The notes under the pieces: generated by a model | The model's database searches: none | Told to the model about the DNA's origin: nothing | Seen by the model: the letters and a program-made list of their open reading frames with translations, nothing else | Part shown: piece by piece, positions 39,111 through 51,819 of the stretch | Position numbering within the stretch: position 1 is the first letter of the stretch | How the letters are laid out: the number at the start of each line of letters is the position of its first letter | Origin: Podarcis bocagei | Lineage: Eukaryota | Reading direction: 5' to 3' (one strand) | Assembly: GCA_964188305.1 (NCBI GenBank) | Contig: OZ076888.1 | Length of the DNA: 64,000 nt | Made by a program: the position numbers and the translations under genes

Positions 39111-41571
39111 TTTAAAAAGCCATGGCCTGCAAAAACTAACACAAGATAAACAAACAGCCCTGAATTACAAAATAACACAACAGGAAATTGAAAGTGCCAT
39201 TCAGAATATGCAATTAGGCAAATCCCCAGGCCCAGATGGACTTACCTCCAAATATTATAAGACATTGAAGGAATATTTGGCCCAGCCACTAATGGAGGTA
39301 TGTAACCAAATTATGGAAGGGAAGGGGGCACCAGAATCGTGGAAAGAGGCATTCATCACTTTGATACCAAAATTGGAATCTGAAAAGACTCAACTTAAGA
39401 ACTACCGTCCCATCTCACTCCTAAACGTGGATTACAAAATCTTTGCTGATATTTTGGCAAATAGACTGAAAAAAGTTCTAAACGAAGTAATTCATAAGGA
39501 CCAAGCAGGCTTTCTCCCTGGTAGGCATTTGTCTGACAACACCAGGAATATTGTTGATGTTTTGGAGTTACTACAGACAAATTTGAACACGAAAGCAGTT
39601 TTGATTTTCATAGACGCTGAGAAGGCCTTTGACAATATATCCTGGAAATTTATGAAGAAAAACTTGGAAGGGATGGGAGTGGGAAGGGCGTTCCAAAATG
39701 GTATTGAAGCAATCTATTCAGAACAAAAAGCTAAATTGATAGTAAACAATGTGGTGACAGAGGAGTTCAAAATTGAAAAAGGGACACGACAGGGGTGCCC
39801 CTTATCACCCTTGTTATTTATTTCTGTCCTGGAGGTGTTGCTGAACTTGATTAGGAAGGATCAGCGGGTGGAAGGAATACAGGTCGGAGGAAAACAATAT
39901 AAACTGAAGGCTTTTGCAGATGATTTGGTTTTGACATTACAGGAGCCAGAACCTAGTACAAAAAGAGCTTTAGAACTAATTTCTGAGTTTGGTCGGGTGG
40001 CGGGATTCAAGTTGAACAAACAAAAAACTAAGGTCTTGGCAAAAAACTTGACACCTTCAGAAATAGATGGGTTCCAGAAGGAAACAGAATTAAATGTGGT
40101 TACAAAAGTGAAATACCTGGGGGTTAATTTGACTGGGAAAAATTTGAATTTGTTCAAAGATAATTATGAAAAATGTTGGTCTGAAATTAAAAAGGACTTA
40201 GAAACTTGGTCAAGATTGAAACTTTCCTTGTTGGGAAGAATTGCAGCAGTTAAGATGAATGTATTGCCAAGAATATTGTTTCTGTTCCAAACCCTTCAGA
40301 TCGTGGACAGAGTGGAGTGTTTTGGAAAGTGGCAGAGGGATATTATGAAGTTTGTCTGGCAGGGCAAAAAGCCCCGAATAAAATTTAAAATACTAACAGA
40401 CGCAAAGGAAAGAGGGGGATTTGCCCTGCCGGACTTAAGGTTGTATTATGAAGCTGCATCCTTCTGCTGGATGAAGGATTGGTTTTTGTTAGAAAACACT
40501 GATGTCCTAGATCTGGAAGGGTTTAACAATGCTTTTGGGTGGCATGCATATTTGTGGTACGACAAGGTAAAGTTTCACAAATTGTTCAAAAACCATATTG
40601 TCAGGAAAGCTTTATTCATTGTCTGGACTAAATATAAGGACTTACTTGAAAACAAGACCCCGAGGTGGTTATCACCGATGGAGGCTAAGACCAGAAAACT
40701 ACTTAACATGGAGAGTGGCTGGGTAAAATACTGTGAGATAATAGAAAGAGTTGGTGATACTTGGAGGTTGCAGAGTTTTGAAAAATTGAAAGGAAAGGTG
40801 CGAGACTGGTTTCACTATGCCCAAATTCTAGAGATTTTTAAAAAGGATAAAAAAATTGGTTTCCAGGTGGAAAAATCTAAATTAGAGTCAGAACTACTTG
40901 AACCTAAGACGAAAGTGCTTTCAAGAATGTATAACTTGCTGCTTAAATGGAACACTCAAGATGAGACAGTTAAATCAGCCATGATAAAATGGGCACAAGA
41001 CATTGGGTACAACATTATGTTTGAAGACTGGGAAAGGTTATGGACCACCGGTATGAAATTTACGGCATGTAGTGCCTTAAAAGAAAACATTATGAAAATG
41101 ATGTACAGGTGGTACATGACCCCAGTCAAACTTGCAAAGATATACCATCTGTCTGATAATAAATGTTGGAAATGTAAGGAGGCTGAAGGAACATTCTTCC
41201 ACCTCTGGTGGACATGCCCGAGGGTGAAGGCCTTTTGGGAAATGATTTATAACGAGTTGAAAAAGGTATTTAAGTATACCTTCCATAAGAAACCAGAGGC
41301 CTTCCTCCTGGGCATTGTAGGCCAGAGAGTGTCAAAGAAGGATAGAACTTTCTTTTTATATGCAACTACAGCAGCAAGAATCCTTATAGCCAAATATTGG
41401 AAGGCACAGGAGCTACCCACGCTGGAAGAGTGGCATACGCAACTGATGGACTACATGGAACTAGCCGAAATGACTGGCAGAATCCGAGACCTGGGAGAAG
41501 AGGCAGTGGAAGAGGATTGGAAAAAATTTAAGGACTATCTACAAAAACATTATAAGTTATATGAATGTTGA
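39111..41571 (+). CDS. L1 ORF2p, 5'-truncated: RT and C-terminal CCHC knuckle, no endonuclease
   Basis: KSPGPDG, NYRPISLLNVDYKI, IDAEKAFD, GTRQGCPLSP, FADD, KYLGV, CWKCx8HxxxxC; frame uninterrupted. Confidence 0.9.
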
Positions 41572-41913
41572 GAATTTGCTAAGTTTTGGGGAAAACATGC
41601 TTCAGTATTGAGATCTGAAAATGATGGAAATTAAGTTATGACTGTGAAAAGTTTAAATTTTAGAGTATATAATTAGATGAAAGTACAAAAACACATGAAA
41701 CAAGGTATCAATTTGCTGTTTATTTTTTATTGTAAAGAAAGCAGGGGATGGAAGATGTGGGGAAGTCCAGTTGACTATGAAAAAAGATTTGGAAAAGTGA
41801 ATTTTCTTGTATTTAATTTCTTCTTTCTTTCTGTAAAATCGCTTTTGTTGTGTTATTGACGATGTATTCTGACCTTGGGAAAAAAGCAAATAAAAATATT
41901 ATTTAAAAAAAAA
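39111..41913 (+). mobile_element. 5'-truncated L1-clade LINE with 14-bp TSD
   Basis: TSD tatgaagttgactt at 39097-39110 and 41914-41927; AATAAA and an A-tail before the 3' TSD. Confidence 0.94.
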
Positions 41914-43234
41914 TATGAAGTTGACTTGAGCAAGTCTTTGGCCCGTATGAATAACCTATGGAACTCTGAAACAGGGATCCCAATGACCTTTTCACACATT
42001 GTTTTATTTTAAATCATCTATTGGAATGAAACCTTTAGTTTTGGGAGCTGAGGCAACAAGTACATTTTCAAACACTGTCAGATATCTTTTTTTAAAGAAT
42101 GCCTTTTAATGAAAATCCATAAGATGCATCGGTTGGCCCAGGAAATGATCAAGACTAGCAGAAGACTAATGCTGCAGCCCTAGACAAAACAAGTGATCAA
42201 GCATTGCACACAACATTGCACAGCAATAGTGAGACCAGACAGTGGGAAAACCTTTTTCTCTATTTTCATAGTATCTCTCCAGCACAGACCAATTTGGGGT
42301 TATTTTATTCTATAGCTATTTAAAGCCAAATCCCACATTTTGAAAGATTCATTCATAAACATCTGTGTGGCACGAAGCCAGCAGAGCTACTTCGTCTGCC
42401 TAGGCTCACTGAAACATCCAGCTTGGAATGGTTCTCTTCCCCCCACCCCCTTGCGTATTGCTAGCCAGAACAAATGTGATCATCTTTTAAACCATTCTTG
42501 TGCTTTCATGTGGTGTTTTGGCATATTGGTGCCTGAAGTGTCCTTAATTGTTGCTGTAATAACAACATGGGCATCCTTTGGCTTGAAATGGCATTCTCTA
42601 GCTTACGCGCCTACAATTCCCATTACTAGCAGGATAACTGAAATTCTTCAGCAATCCCATATTTGCAGCAATTTATTCTAAATCATGTTACTCAAGGGAG
42701 AAGTGTGCACAAGACTTTAGAATAATTATCTTGCTGGAAATGTGCAAAATTTAATTCCAAAATGGTTCTTAAAATGAAATCCTCAATGAAATATATAGTG
42801 TTGACATCCTGGACCATTATAGTTATTATTTTTTCAGAACATTCTGAGTCTTTAATCTTAAGGGAATTATTTGGCATATCTCTTCTCTGATGTCCCTGTT
42901 CAAGTAGCCAAGAATCTCGCTCTGTTTGATATATAGTGAGTCTTTAAATCTTGTCTTGGATAGGGTTCCAACATTCTAGACTGGTGAATATCAGGAGACA
43001 ATGGGGATCAATGTAATTGCGATTTCCATCAAAACCCTGTGGGTTTCAATGCAAATTAGCGGTCGAAGCAGTTCTTGGCTCCTGATTTTGGGGAATGCAC
43101 GTGACCTTTCCTCCCTGTGATTTTCTCATCAGTAGAAATTTTAGTAAATATGAGAATTTGCTTTTACTACATCAACTTAGGAATCTCTTTACATTTTAAA
43201 TGATGTGTGTTTGTGTGCATTTAAGTGTGAGTGA

Positions 43235-43365
43235 ATGTGGGGACAGGACCTTTTCTGTAGTGGCCCCACAGTTGTGGAACTTCCAACCCTGAGAGATACA
43301 ATCAGCCTCCTTCTTGCTGTCATTTAAGCATGCTCTAAAAACATATTTATTCATGACTGCTTTTA
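43235..43365 (+). mobile_element. Old L2 ORF2 C-terminal fragment
   Basis: Translates RTFSVVAPQLWNFQP*EIQSASFLLSFKHALKTYLF. Confidence 0.65.
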
Positions 43366-43688
43366 GTGACATTGTGTAAGGGGGTAGGGGGCTCAATTTT
43401 TGTTGAGAGGTCAGACATGGATTAGAATAAATGAAATGTTGTTTGATCTTTGATATGGGTTTGGGTTGTTTTTATTTGTTTTAAGATACCATGGGAAGAT
43501 GACATATTTTAAATGTTGCATGTTAAATAGAACTAAATAAGTGGATTCAGGGCCTTTTTTTTCTAGAAAAAGATGCTGGAACATGTTGACCCTTTTTTAG
43601 GAGGAACACCCACCCCAAGTTGTTGAGTGAGTTCCAGCTGAAAAAAGCAGTGATTGGATTCTTATTCACATGCCAATCTCCCAGCAGT

Positions 43689-44126
43689 GAGAAGCTTCAG
43701 AGGTGCCACCACATACCTTGGATTGGCTTTCTCATAATGAAGATCACAGAAGATGGTTGTGTCTTTGAGATATGTTGACTTTATTTATACATAAAAACAG
43801 GCTGAGCATAAAATGGAAGAGCTCACAGCATCAACACTCCAACAGATCTTCCTCCCATACTAGATTTCTAGGAGTGCACCCAAAGCATAGATTTGGACAC
43901 AGCACAGAGAACAGGCCAAGCTGGTTCCAAACAAGACTGGTCTAAGTCTATTGCTCTCCTACATTTACTGATGCCATCGCCTCCAGCCAAACAAAGAGGA
44001 GCCTGCCCCTTTTAGCTCCTTCTGAAAGTATCTCCATCTCGTAGTTCCGTGGAAACCAGTCACCTGTGCTCTTCATTCATGCAAAGGGGTAAATTAACAG
44101 AGTTAGCTAGAGTCATCAACTTAACA
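43689..44126 (-). mobile_element. Possible solo LTR
   Basis: Minus strand tgttaagttg...cttctca ends, AATAAA near 43780; no clear TSD. Confidence 0.35.
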
Positions 44127-45225
44127 GAGGGACTGGTCTGACCACTTTAGCAGCCTCATTTTCTGTAGAATCTTACAGATATAAAACCACAGGCTTGGAC
44201 CAACCCCACCATCCTATGACAATATGCATGCTTTGGCCTTGCCTGTTGCTGGTATGCATACTCTCACCACTTTCCCCCAAAGGAAGCAGACAACCGGGGG
44301 GAAATATTCCCCACCTATGCTTCAGAATGTTTCGACAATCATCTCTGAATGGTACCACGTGGTATAACCTCAGTTTTATTTACATCTTGCTCAACTCCTT
44401 GATATATATTGCCAAGGATGCAGCTTATTCGTCCACTCCTGACTCTCTTTATTTAACATATTGGTCTGGATTTGAGAATGTTCCCTTCCCATATAAATTA
44501 GCTTAGATTGATTCATTAATGTGTTTTTCTGTGTATCTATCTCACATGATCATATACTGTATTTTTAGCAGGATCCCAGGCTCAGGAAGCTTTCAGGATC
44601 ATCCAAGCTTAACAAAAGAGGCAGCTGTTCACTATTTATTTTTATTGTCTTTGTTCGATGTATGTCCACATACCCCTTACATTACATACCATCCATCCTC
44701 TGTAGTTAATCAGGCAGGGATCTTCAGTAACTATAATTCATTCATCCTGACTGTGTTGTGCTGCTTCTTTCATCAGACACATGTGAGCGCAAAATTAGAT
44801 CCTGCACTGGACTGTCACCTGAACTTTATTGTTTTTAAACTTCGGTCAGTCCTCCATTTTACCAACATAATGTTTATGTGGAATAATTATTTAGCCTAGA
44901 AGCACAGAAGACAACTAGCACTAGCACTGCATGTTGTTCAGACTGAGTTCCCGGACTGCCAAGTCTCTTCTCTTTCACAGTCTTATGCAGATTCCTTTAT
45001 GAGATCACCTCCAGGCAAGAATGGGAACAGTAGAGAAAGACATGTCCCAGGGGCAGACTTTGGTCTTTCAAGGCCAAAATTTGGATACACCCCCCAAAAA
45101 ACATCTCACCTTCCCTTCTGCTGAATTCACTATGTCAGAGATTCCTGAAAAGGCTACCTGAAATTATCATTCCAAATCATATCACAGGTCAGACAAATGG
45201 CTACAACCTTGAAAGATTGTGATAC

Positions 45226-45570
45226 GATAATCTTGTCATTGTCCCATACAGAACAACGAAATTGAAAAAAATCTACATCAGACATTCAAAAACCCACAAG
45301 CCTGCTATCCCAGCTATCCCAGACTGGTCAGCCCCTAAAAACTCTGATACCCCATAATTGAATACAATATACCCACATAAAGACTACCTTACACTGCGTT
45401 TAAAACCAAAATTACATTTGGATAGAAACTGTTTCTCAGGTGGCTAGTCCTAGTCTTTATAACCCTGTACCTTCTTCCAGAAGGCAGAAACTGAAAGAGA
45501 TCATTTCTGGGGTGCGCACTATCCTTCACTATCTCTGCAGCTTTCTTATGGCACCTGGAATGAATGGAAT
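45226..45570 (-). mobile_element. Rex1/Babar-type LINE 3' fragment
   Basis: RCHKKAAEIVKDSAHPRNDLFQFLPSGRRYRVIKTRTSHLRNSFYP C-terminal motif; 3' end caatttcgttgt...acaatgacaa. Confidence 0.75.
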
Positions 45571-45814
45571 TAATCAAATAGAAGAGAGAGGAAAGAAATG
45601 CTTTCTCCACCCTGTGCTTTACTGTCCTTTGTTCTTTACAACTCATACAGGCTGTGTGCACACCATACATTTAAAGCACCTCGCTCCCCTGAATCCTGGG
45701 AACTGTAGTTTGCTTCTCATAGTGCTACACTCTCAGCACCTTTAACCAACTTGAGAGGAAAAATGTGGTTGAAATATATGGCGTGTACTCAGCCACAGTG
45801 GTGATACAGTGCTA

Positions 45815-46199
45815 GGGATGCAGGTGGCGCTGTGGTCTAAACCACTGAGTTTCTTGGGCTTGCCGATCAGAAGGTCAGCGGTTCGAATCCCCGTGATGGG
45901 ATGAATTCCCGTTGCTCTGTCCCAGCTCCAGCCAACCTAGCAGTTCAAAAGTATGCCAATGCAAGTAGATACATAAGTACTGCCGTGGTGGGAAGGCAAA
46001 TGGCGTTTCCATGCGTTCTGGTTTCCATCACAGTGTTCCATTGCACCAGAAGCGGTTTAGTCATGCTGGCCACATGACCTGGAAAGCTGTCTGTGGACAA
46101 ACGCCGGCTCCCTTGGCCTGAAAGCGAGATGAGCGCCACAACCCCATAGTTGCCTTTGACTGGACTTAACTGTCCAGGGGTCCTTTACCTTTACCTTTT
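45815..46199 (+). mobile_element. Sauria SINE, longer subfamily
   Basis: A/B boxes and (ACCTTT)n tail; matches the 26885 copy. Confidence 0.9.
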
Positions 46200-47204
46200 A
46201 GTGAAATTTATTCCTCCAAAGATTTGGCCTTCAGACTATGAAAATAAGGGAAGGGGTATCATATTAATTCTAACAGGCCTTGAATTATATCTACTTTCTA
46301 ACTCGGGACTCTAATAAAGTATAAGCAATCACTGTTGCCATTTTGGAAAGAATAATAACTATAGTGAAATCCTATATTAAGCTGCTTCGTTTAAGTATAT
46401 GATGTATGCATTATAGACAATGTAGATGAGATGTGTATACACATTCCAGAGCCTTCAATACTTACTCATGCAATGATTTATCACTTACCATGTGCTATAA
46501 TGTTGCATAAGATATAGAACATAGAGTTTTTTTTGGTGGGGAGGCAATAAAAATGTTGTCAACACATGCTAAATGTATACAATTTTCAATTTTAGTTTTT
46601 CTGGGAATTGGAAAAAAGGCCAGTATAGTTATTCTATTACATGCAATATCAGAAGGAGTAGATTAGCAACACAATCCAGTTTATAGCACCATTTGACATG
46701 AAACTCTCGCTAGCTGGCCACAAGAATTTAAAGACATTCAAGACAAAGATTTTGGGGAGATTAAAGAGATTTTGGACTACCATGAACACATTAGGACAAA
46801 TTCCACCCTAACCATGTTATTCTGGGCAAGAGACTACCTCTTGGCTTCTTTGTGTCATGTGTAAAATGGGAACACTGACCGAACTCATAGAGCTATTGTG
46901 AAGAAAATGAGTAAAAAATTGCCCCAACGTACTTCGGGCATTAAATGTGCCAAGTTTATGTCTGCTATTAAATATCAAAAAGCCTTTGGTTGGAATTCAG
47001 TGTGGCACTATTACAAATGTTTTGGCTGCACAAGTATATCAGTTTGCCAGACAGAACAATCCCCCTTAGCCTCCCCAATGAATTTTGGGGAGCTCAAGGG
47101 GAGGAGAGTAGAGAAAGCCCCATTGTACTAGTGCAAGCCCTTGCATAGGGCTTCCACTGATGGAGTTCATTAGATGAATCCCATCTTTTATGACTATCAT
47201 AACT

Positions 47205-47337
47205 GGATAGCTCAGTTTGTTAGCGCATGGTGCTGATAACACCAAGGTTGCAGGTTCGATCCCAGCTGCACATTCCTGCATTGCAGGGGATTGGACTACA
47301 TGATCCTCAAGGTCCCTTCCAACTCTATGATTCTATG
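47205..47337 (+). mobile_element. tRNA-derived SINE with CR1 3' tail
   Basis: tagctcagtttg A-box and ggttcgatccc B-box, then cctgcattgcagggg-ttggact...ccaactctatgattctatg, homologous to the CR1 3' end. Confidence 0.82.
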
Positions 47338-47859
47338 TTCATTAACTCCACATGTATGACCAGTTTCTTTCTTTACATGTCAGATATCTTAACGAGTAAA
47401 AACAGCAAATGTCAGTGATAACAATAAATGTATGTGAAAATGCTATTTCATCATGCTTGCTGTAGTGAAGTCTTTCGTACTAATTCTGTAAATTGGTAGG
47501 AAGGCAGGGGATAGTCACACAAAAATTCAAACTGCTAACTAAACAAACATAAGAATGTTTGCAGTTCAGCTTCTGTTAGAGAAGGGGAAATCAAATAGGA
47601 AGATAAATATGGCCTCATCACTGCTAGTCTTTGATTTATGAAGTGGATGATGTCTGTGGATCACTGCTAGTCATTGTCATCATCATCAACAACATACTGA
47701 AGACATATTTATACAAGTCTTTGTTTGGCTAAATTGCTGCAACTGAATTTTCATATATTTCAGAATCTTGCAAGCTACCTTATGAAGGCTGTGTGCCCTG
47801 AAAAGTGGGTCTGAAATAAATAATAAGAGATGGAGCCAATTTTACTATGAATCCACCAT

Positions 47860-48010
47860 GCCTCCAAATGCCAGCTGCTGGAGTAAAACAGTGGGAGAGG
47901 GCTATTGCCCTCACATCCTGCTTGTGGGCTTCCCATATGCAACTGGTTGGTTGCTGGGAGAAACAGGTTGCTAGACTAGATAGGTTTTTGGTATGATCCA
48001 GTTCTTATTA
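47860..48010 (+). mobile_element. Old CR1-type 3'UTR fragment
   Basis: Homologous to 85-246. Confidence 0.55.
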
Positions 48011-48611
48011 TGATCACTCATGAGTATCAGCTGGTTCAGCAAAATATACTCCTGAACTATGGACAATAATCTGTAGAACAGCTTGGTCCCTGAGAATGCT
48101 GAATTGGGCTGTCCTGGAACATTCCACTATTCTGATGTAACAGCAGATATATTCGGAACAGCAGATATAGTCAGAATTAATTTTTACTTATTGGATGCCC
48201 AGGAGCAGCTCTGAGTTCTAGCCATGATGCTCTTAAAAGTAGTAAATTACAGACTAGAGATGAAGTGTGCTAAAGTGCACTTAGGCATTGCAGAAAGTGA
48301 TTCATAAACCAACATGAAATGCTCTTAATGAGAAACGGATTACAATGTGGTCCAGATTTACAAAGCAGGGCATTAGATTGCAGCGTATAACATGGTTATG
48401 GATTACTCAAGGCACAATTCACTGAGCTTAACTTCTGCACAAACTTTCATTCACTTTGTCATTACACTGTAATAAACTATTTTAACACCTGCACTTGACA
48501 TCTGTGCAACCAATATTGTTGTCGGATTTTTTACTTCATGGACACATTAGAGTCTGGGGAGGCTCGTACACAGGATCATTTTGTGAGAAATGAAAGCATA
48601 ACTGAACCCAT

Positions 48612-48718
48612 TTGATGTATTATAGTATTTTAATATTCTTTTGGAAGCCGCCCAGAGTGGCTGGGGAAGCCCAGCCAGATGGGTGGGGTATAAATAAATT
48701 ATTATTATTATTATTATT
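48612..48718 (+). mobile_element. L2 3' end whose (TTA)n tail is split by an LTR (tail resumes 49476-49524)
   Basis: ttggaagccgcccagagtggctgggg...ggggtataaataaattatta. Confidence 0.85.
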
Positions 48719-49473
48719 TGTCAGGGGTTCAGGAGCAGAGGCGAGGGCAAGGGAGGAAACAGAGAGCGAGGGGGAGGAGGCCGAAGAAAAGATGAGTGAT
48801 GATGACGACCCGAGATCTCCGAGTCTTTCCAGTGAATCAGAAGATTCACAGAAAGGAGCGCCAGTGGCCAGAGCAAGGGGGGAGCCTAGGGGGACACCCC
48901 AGGAAGAAGGGTCCAGAGGGGGCTCAGAGGGCAGCAGTTGGAAATCGGGACCAGCGTCACCAACAGAGCGCAGTGGAGAGGAAGGGCGCCAGGTATCGAG
49001 CTCTGGCAGCTCGCAGCAGGGGGGAGGGCATGAGTCAGGAGTGGCCACACCTCCATCGGGGAGCGAAGAAACGGTTAAGCAGAAAGTGGAAGGTTGGGCG
49101 CGCGCGCCAAGTTCAAATGCACAGGAAGGTGGCACAGTAAGCAGCCCGGAAAGGGAGCCAGGTCCTAAAGCCCGACGCAAGGAGACAGAAGGGTCCGGGG
49201 GGTCAGCGTCAGAAGAGTCCAGGAAGGAAGAGACCGCGGGGGGCAGAGGGACCCAGAGAAGAACGGTCAGGCGGAAAAGGTGGAGTAAGGCTAGGGTATT
49301 AAGCTGGTGTACAGGGGGCGGAGACTCAGACGGAGCTTCGCCGGTCTAACCCATAAGACGTAGAGCTGCACGCGGCAGCTTGAGAATGGAAACTGTAACT
49401 CAATAAAGACTTTTATAAAGTGAATGTTGGCTAGCGTGATCCTCTGTGAGCTAGGATCTGGAAGCAGCTCTGA

Positions 49474-49475
<2 letters not shown>
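48719..49475 (+). mobile_element. Solo LTR (probably Gypsy-like), 757 bp
   Basis: TGTCAG...CTGACA inverted termini; TTATT on both sides (putative 5-bp TSD inside the microsatellite); AATAAA at 49402; CpGs retained, so likely young. Confidence 0.8.
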
Positions 49476-49524
<49 letters not shown>

Positions 49525-49787
49525 GCAAGAAGGGAGACAGATCCCAGGCTGCACTGCTGTTGCATGGAACTAAGCACAATTTGAGGGGTTGCTGGTTTAG
49601 ATAGCTTTTTAGATAGCTCCACCATCACCAACAATATTGCTGTGTATAATGTGATTGTGTGATTAGCACAGGCACCATTTGGATAGTGACTAAGGTTTCA
49701 TTCATGACAAGATACACCATCCCCACTACAAGTCCTTGTGATTCTAAACTATCATTCACAGCTACTTCTACAGGAATCTTCCTTTGA

Positions 49788-50292
49788 AGAATCCGAGACC
49801 AGGGAGAAGAGTCGGTGGAAGAAGACTGGAAAAAGTTTAAAGACTATTTACAGAAATATTGTAAAATTAATGAATGTTAGAAGAATGTTGGAATGAAGTT
49901 ATATGGCTTTAGTAGAAATGTTATAAGGAATTAAGTATAAATAGATTAATAGAATATTAAAGGAAAAAATAAGGTTAGAATGTTAAGATAATTATAGGAT
50001 AGAAAACAGAGGAAGATGGAAAGGAATTGCTGAAACAATTAATAGAAGTGGAATACAAAAAGGGAGGTGTGAGGAGGTCATTGAAATAAGTGAATGAAAG
50101 ATAAGATGTTGAAATTATTTGATGTGTTTTAAATTGCTTTTGTTTTGTTAGTTTAATGTGTTAGTGTTTTGTGTTAGTGTTAGTGTTATGTAGTGTTTTT
50201 GCATTGCATTGTATTGTCCATTCTTTTTCTTTTGTTGTTTTTTGTAGTGTTTAAATTGTTGGAAAAGCAATAAATATTATTTTTTTAAAAAA
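49788..50292 (+). mobile_element. L1-clade 3' fragment with 16-bp TSD
   Basis: TSD aggaatcttcctttga at 49772-49787 and 50293-50308; encodes RIRDQGEESVEEDWKKFKDYLQKYCKINEC*, homologous to the end of the 39111 L1; AATAAA and A-tail. Confidence 0.93.
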
Positions 50293-51819
50293 AGGAATCT
50301 TCCTTTGACTGTGGTGGCATATGCCTTGATTTCTCTTATCTTCTTTTCTTCTTCTTTTTTAAGGGTGGGAGGACTTCTCATGGCATCAATAACTTGCAGA
50401 TAACCCATTACTGTTGGCCTTGATTTTCTTTTCATGGATTCCAGTCTTCAAGAGGCTGCTAATCTTTCATTATGCTACCCAGGGAATTGCATCTACAAAG
50501 CTCACCTGTTGACTGATGCAGCTATACATTTGTCTAGAGCCTGAGGGTTTTGCTGGACTGGGATGCATGTGAATTGACCAGCATCCCCCCCCCCAATACC
50601 AGTGGCACATTTTACAGTCAACCGAGTGCCAAACAGTTTTGAGAGGCAATTGGCATTTGCAGTTGTGGTCTGGCAGAATCGCAACCAGCCAATAGGGTGT
50701 GTTTTCTATTGGACTAGCTTGCCAGGAAAGAGAAAATTGAATATTTAGAAAGGGTTCCAAAACCAATTTTATACAAGGAGAATTCTGCAAGCTTAAAATA
50801 GTAACAATGATAGTGCTGGTCAGTGGATAATGTTGAACTTAAGCTTCAGTCTCAATCAATGCCAACCAGACCTAGGCTCACTAGGTGGTCTTGGGCAGAC
50901 CACTTCTTCTCAGCCTCAAGAGCACATGAATGTGTGTCATCAGTTGACTCTGAGTGATTCTCACTGTTGGTTCAGTTTCTATATCAAACTTGTAGCTGCT
51001 CAACAAGATTTAAGTGAGGAGAAAACAACCACCACAACCAGTCAATAACACTGGACAATTCCACATTGCAGTTTATTGTGATCTAGTGCACTGCTCATTC
51101 ATGAAAGGTTTTGTTTTGTTTTGTTTTCTGCAGCATCCACATACCATCCTCATCAAAATGCCATCCTGTCCTCCACCCCCCAATTTAATCTGAATTTACC
51201 TTTTGTGGATTTTTTTTGTTTTTCACTTATGGGATTTTCTGCAAAAACTGACTCGGAATTAAATGGGGAAATATGGGGTAACAGTTTGATGAGGATGCCA
51301 TGGTGTGGGAAGCACACAACGCCCGTATGCAAGAGCAGCACACTAGTCTACAATAAACTGCTGTGCAGAAGCACCGATGGCTTTAAAAATTTAGAAGACC
51401 TCAACCATCTGCTGTATAGTTTGGAAGTTGTCTCTTGTGTCTTCATCCACACTGCTGGGTGCTGGGTTGCAGGGGTGCAAACTTGAATAAAATATGGGGG
51501 AGCAGGTAAGTCCCGCCCTGCATAATTGATCACATGATGTGGTGCACACACACCATTTCAATGCCAATGTCCACCAAGTTTCAGAGGGACTCCTAAGATA
51601 TTTTATTGGTGGGGTGAAGGGACCTTGTTGGCAACAAACCACATAAAAGGCAAAGATGGGAGTCTGAAGGCAGGCTGAGCCCTCCATAGTACAGAACCCC
51701 CATTGCAATGAAGATACACACAATTCCTTGGAACTTTTATGTCTCCTTGAGTTAGTTAGGCATAAACAGAAGGAGTACAACAGATTCGCCCTGCCTCAAC
51801 CATCCATTGATTGGGAATA

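Noticed and set aside
47205-47262. Possible tRNA gene
   Set aside because: Acceptor stem incomplete and fused to a CR1 tail, so it is a SINE head
48240-48600. Candidate conserved enhancer
   Set aside because: Equally explained as part of the decayed minus-strand exon; cannot be distinguished without alignments
48612-48791. First 60 codons of the 245-aa ORF
   Set aside because: Derived from the L2 3'UTR, (TTA)n and LTR start with a TTG start codon; only the part from ATG 48792 was considered
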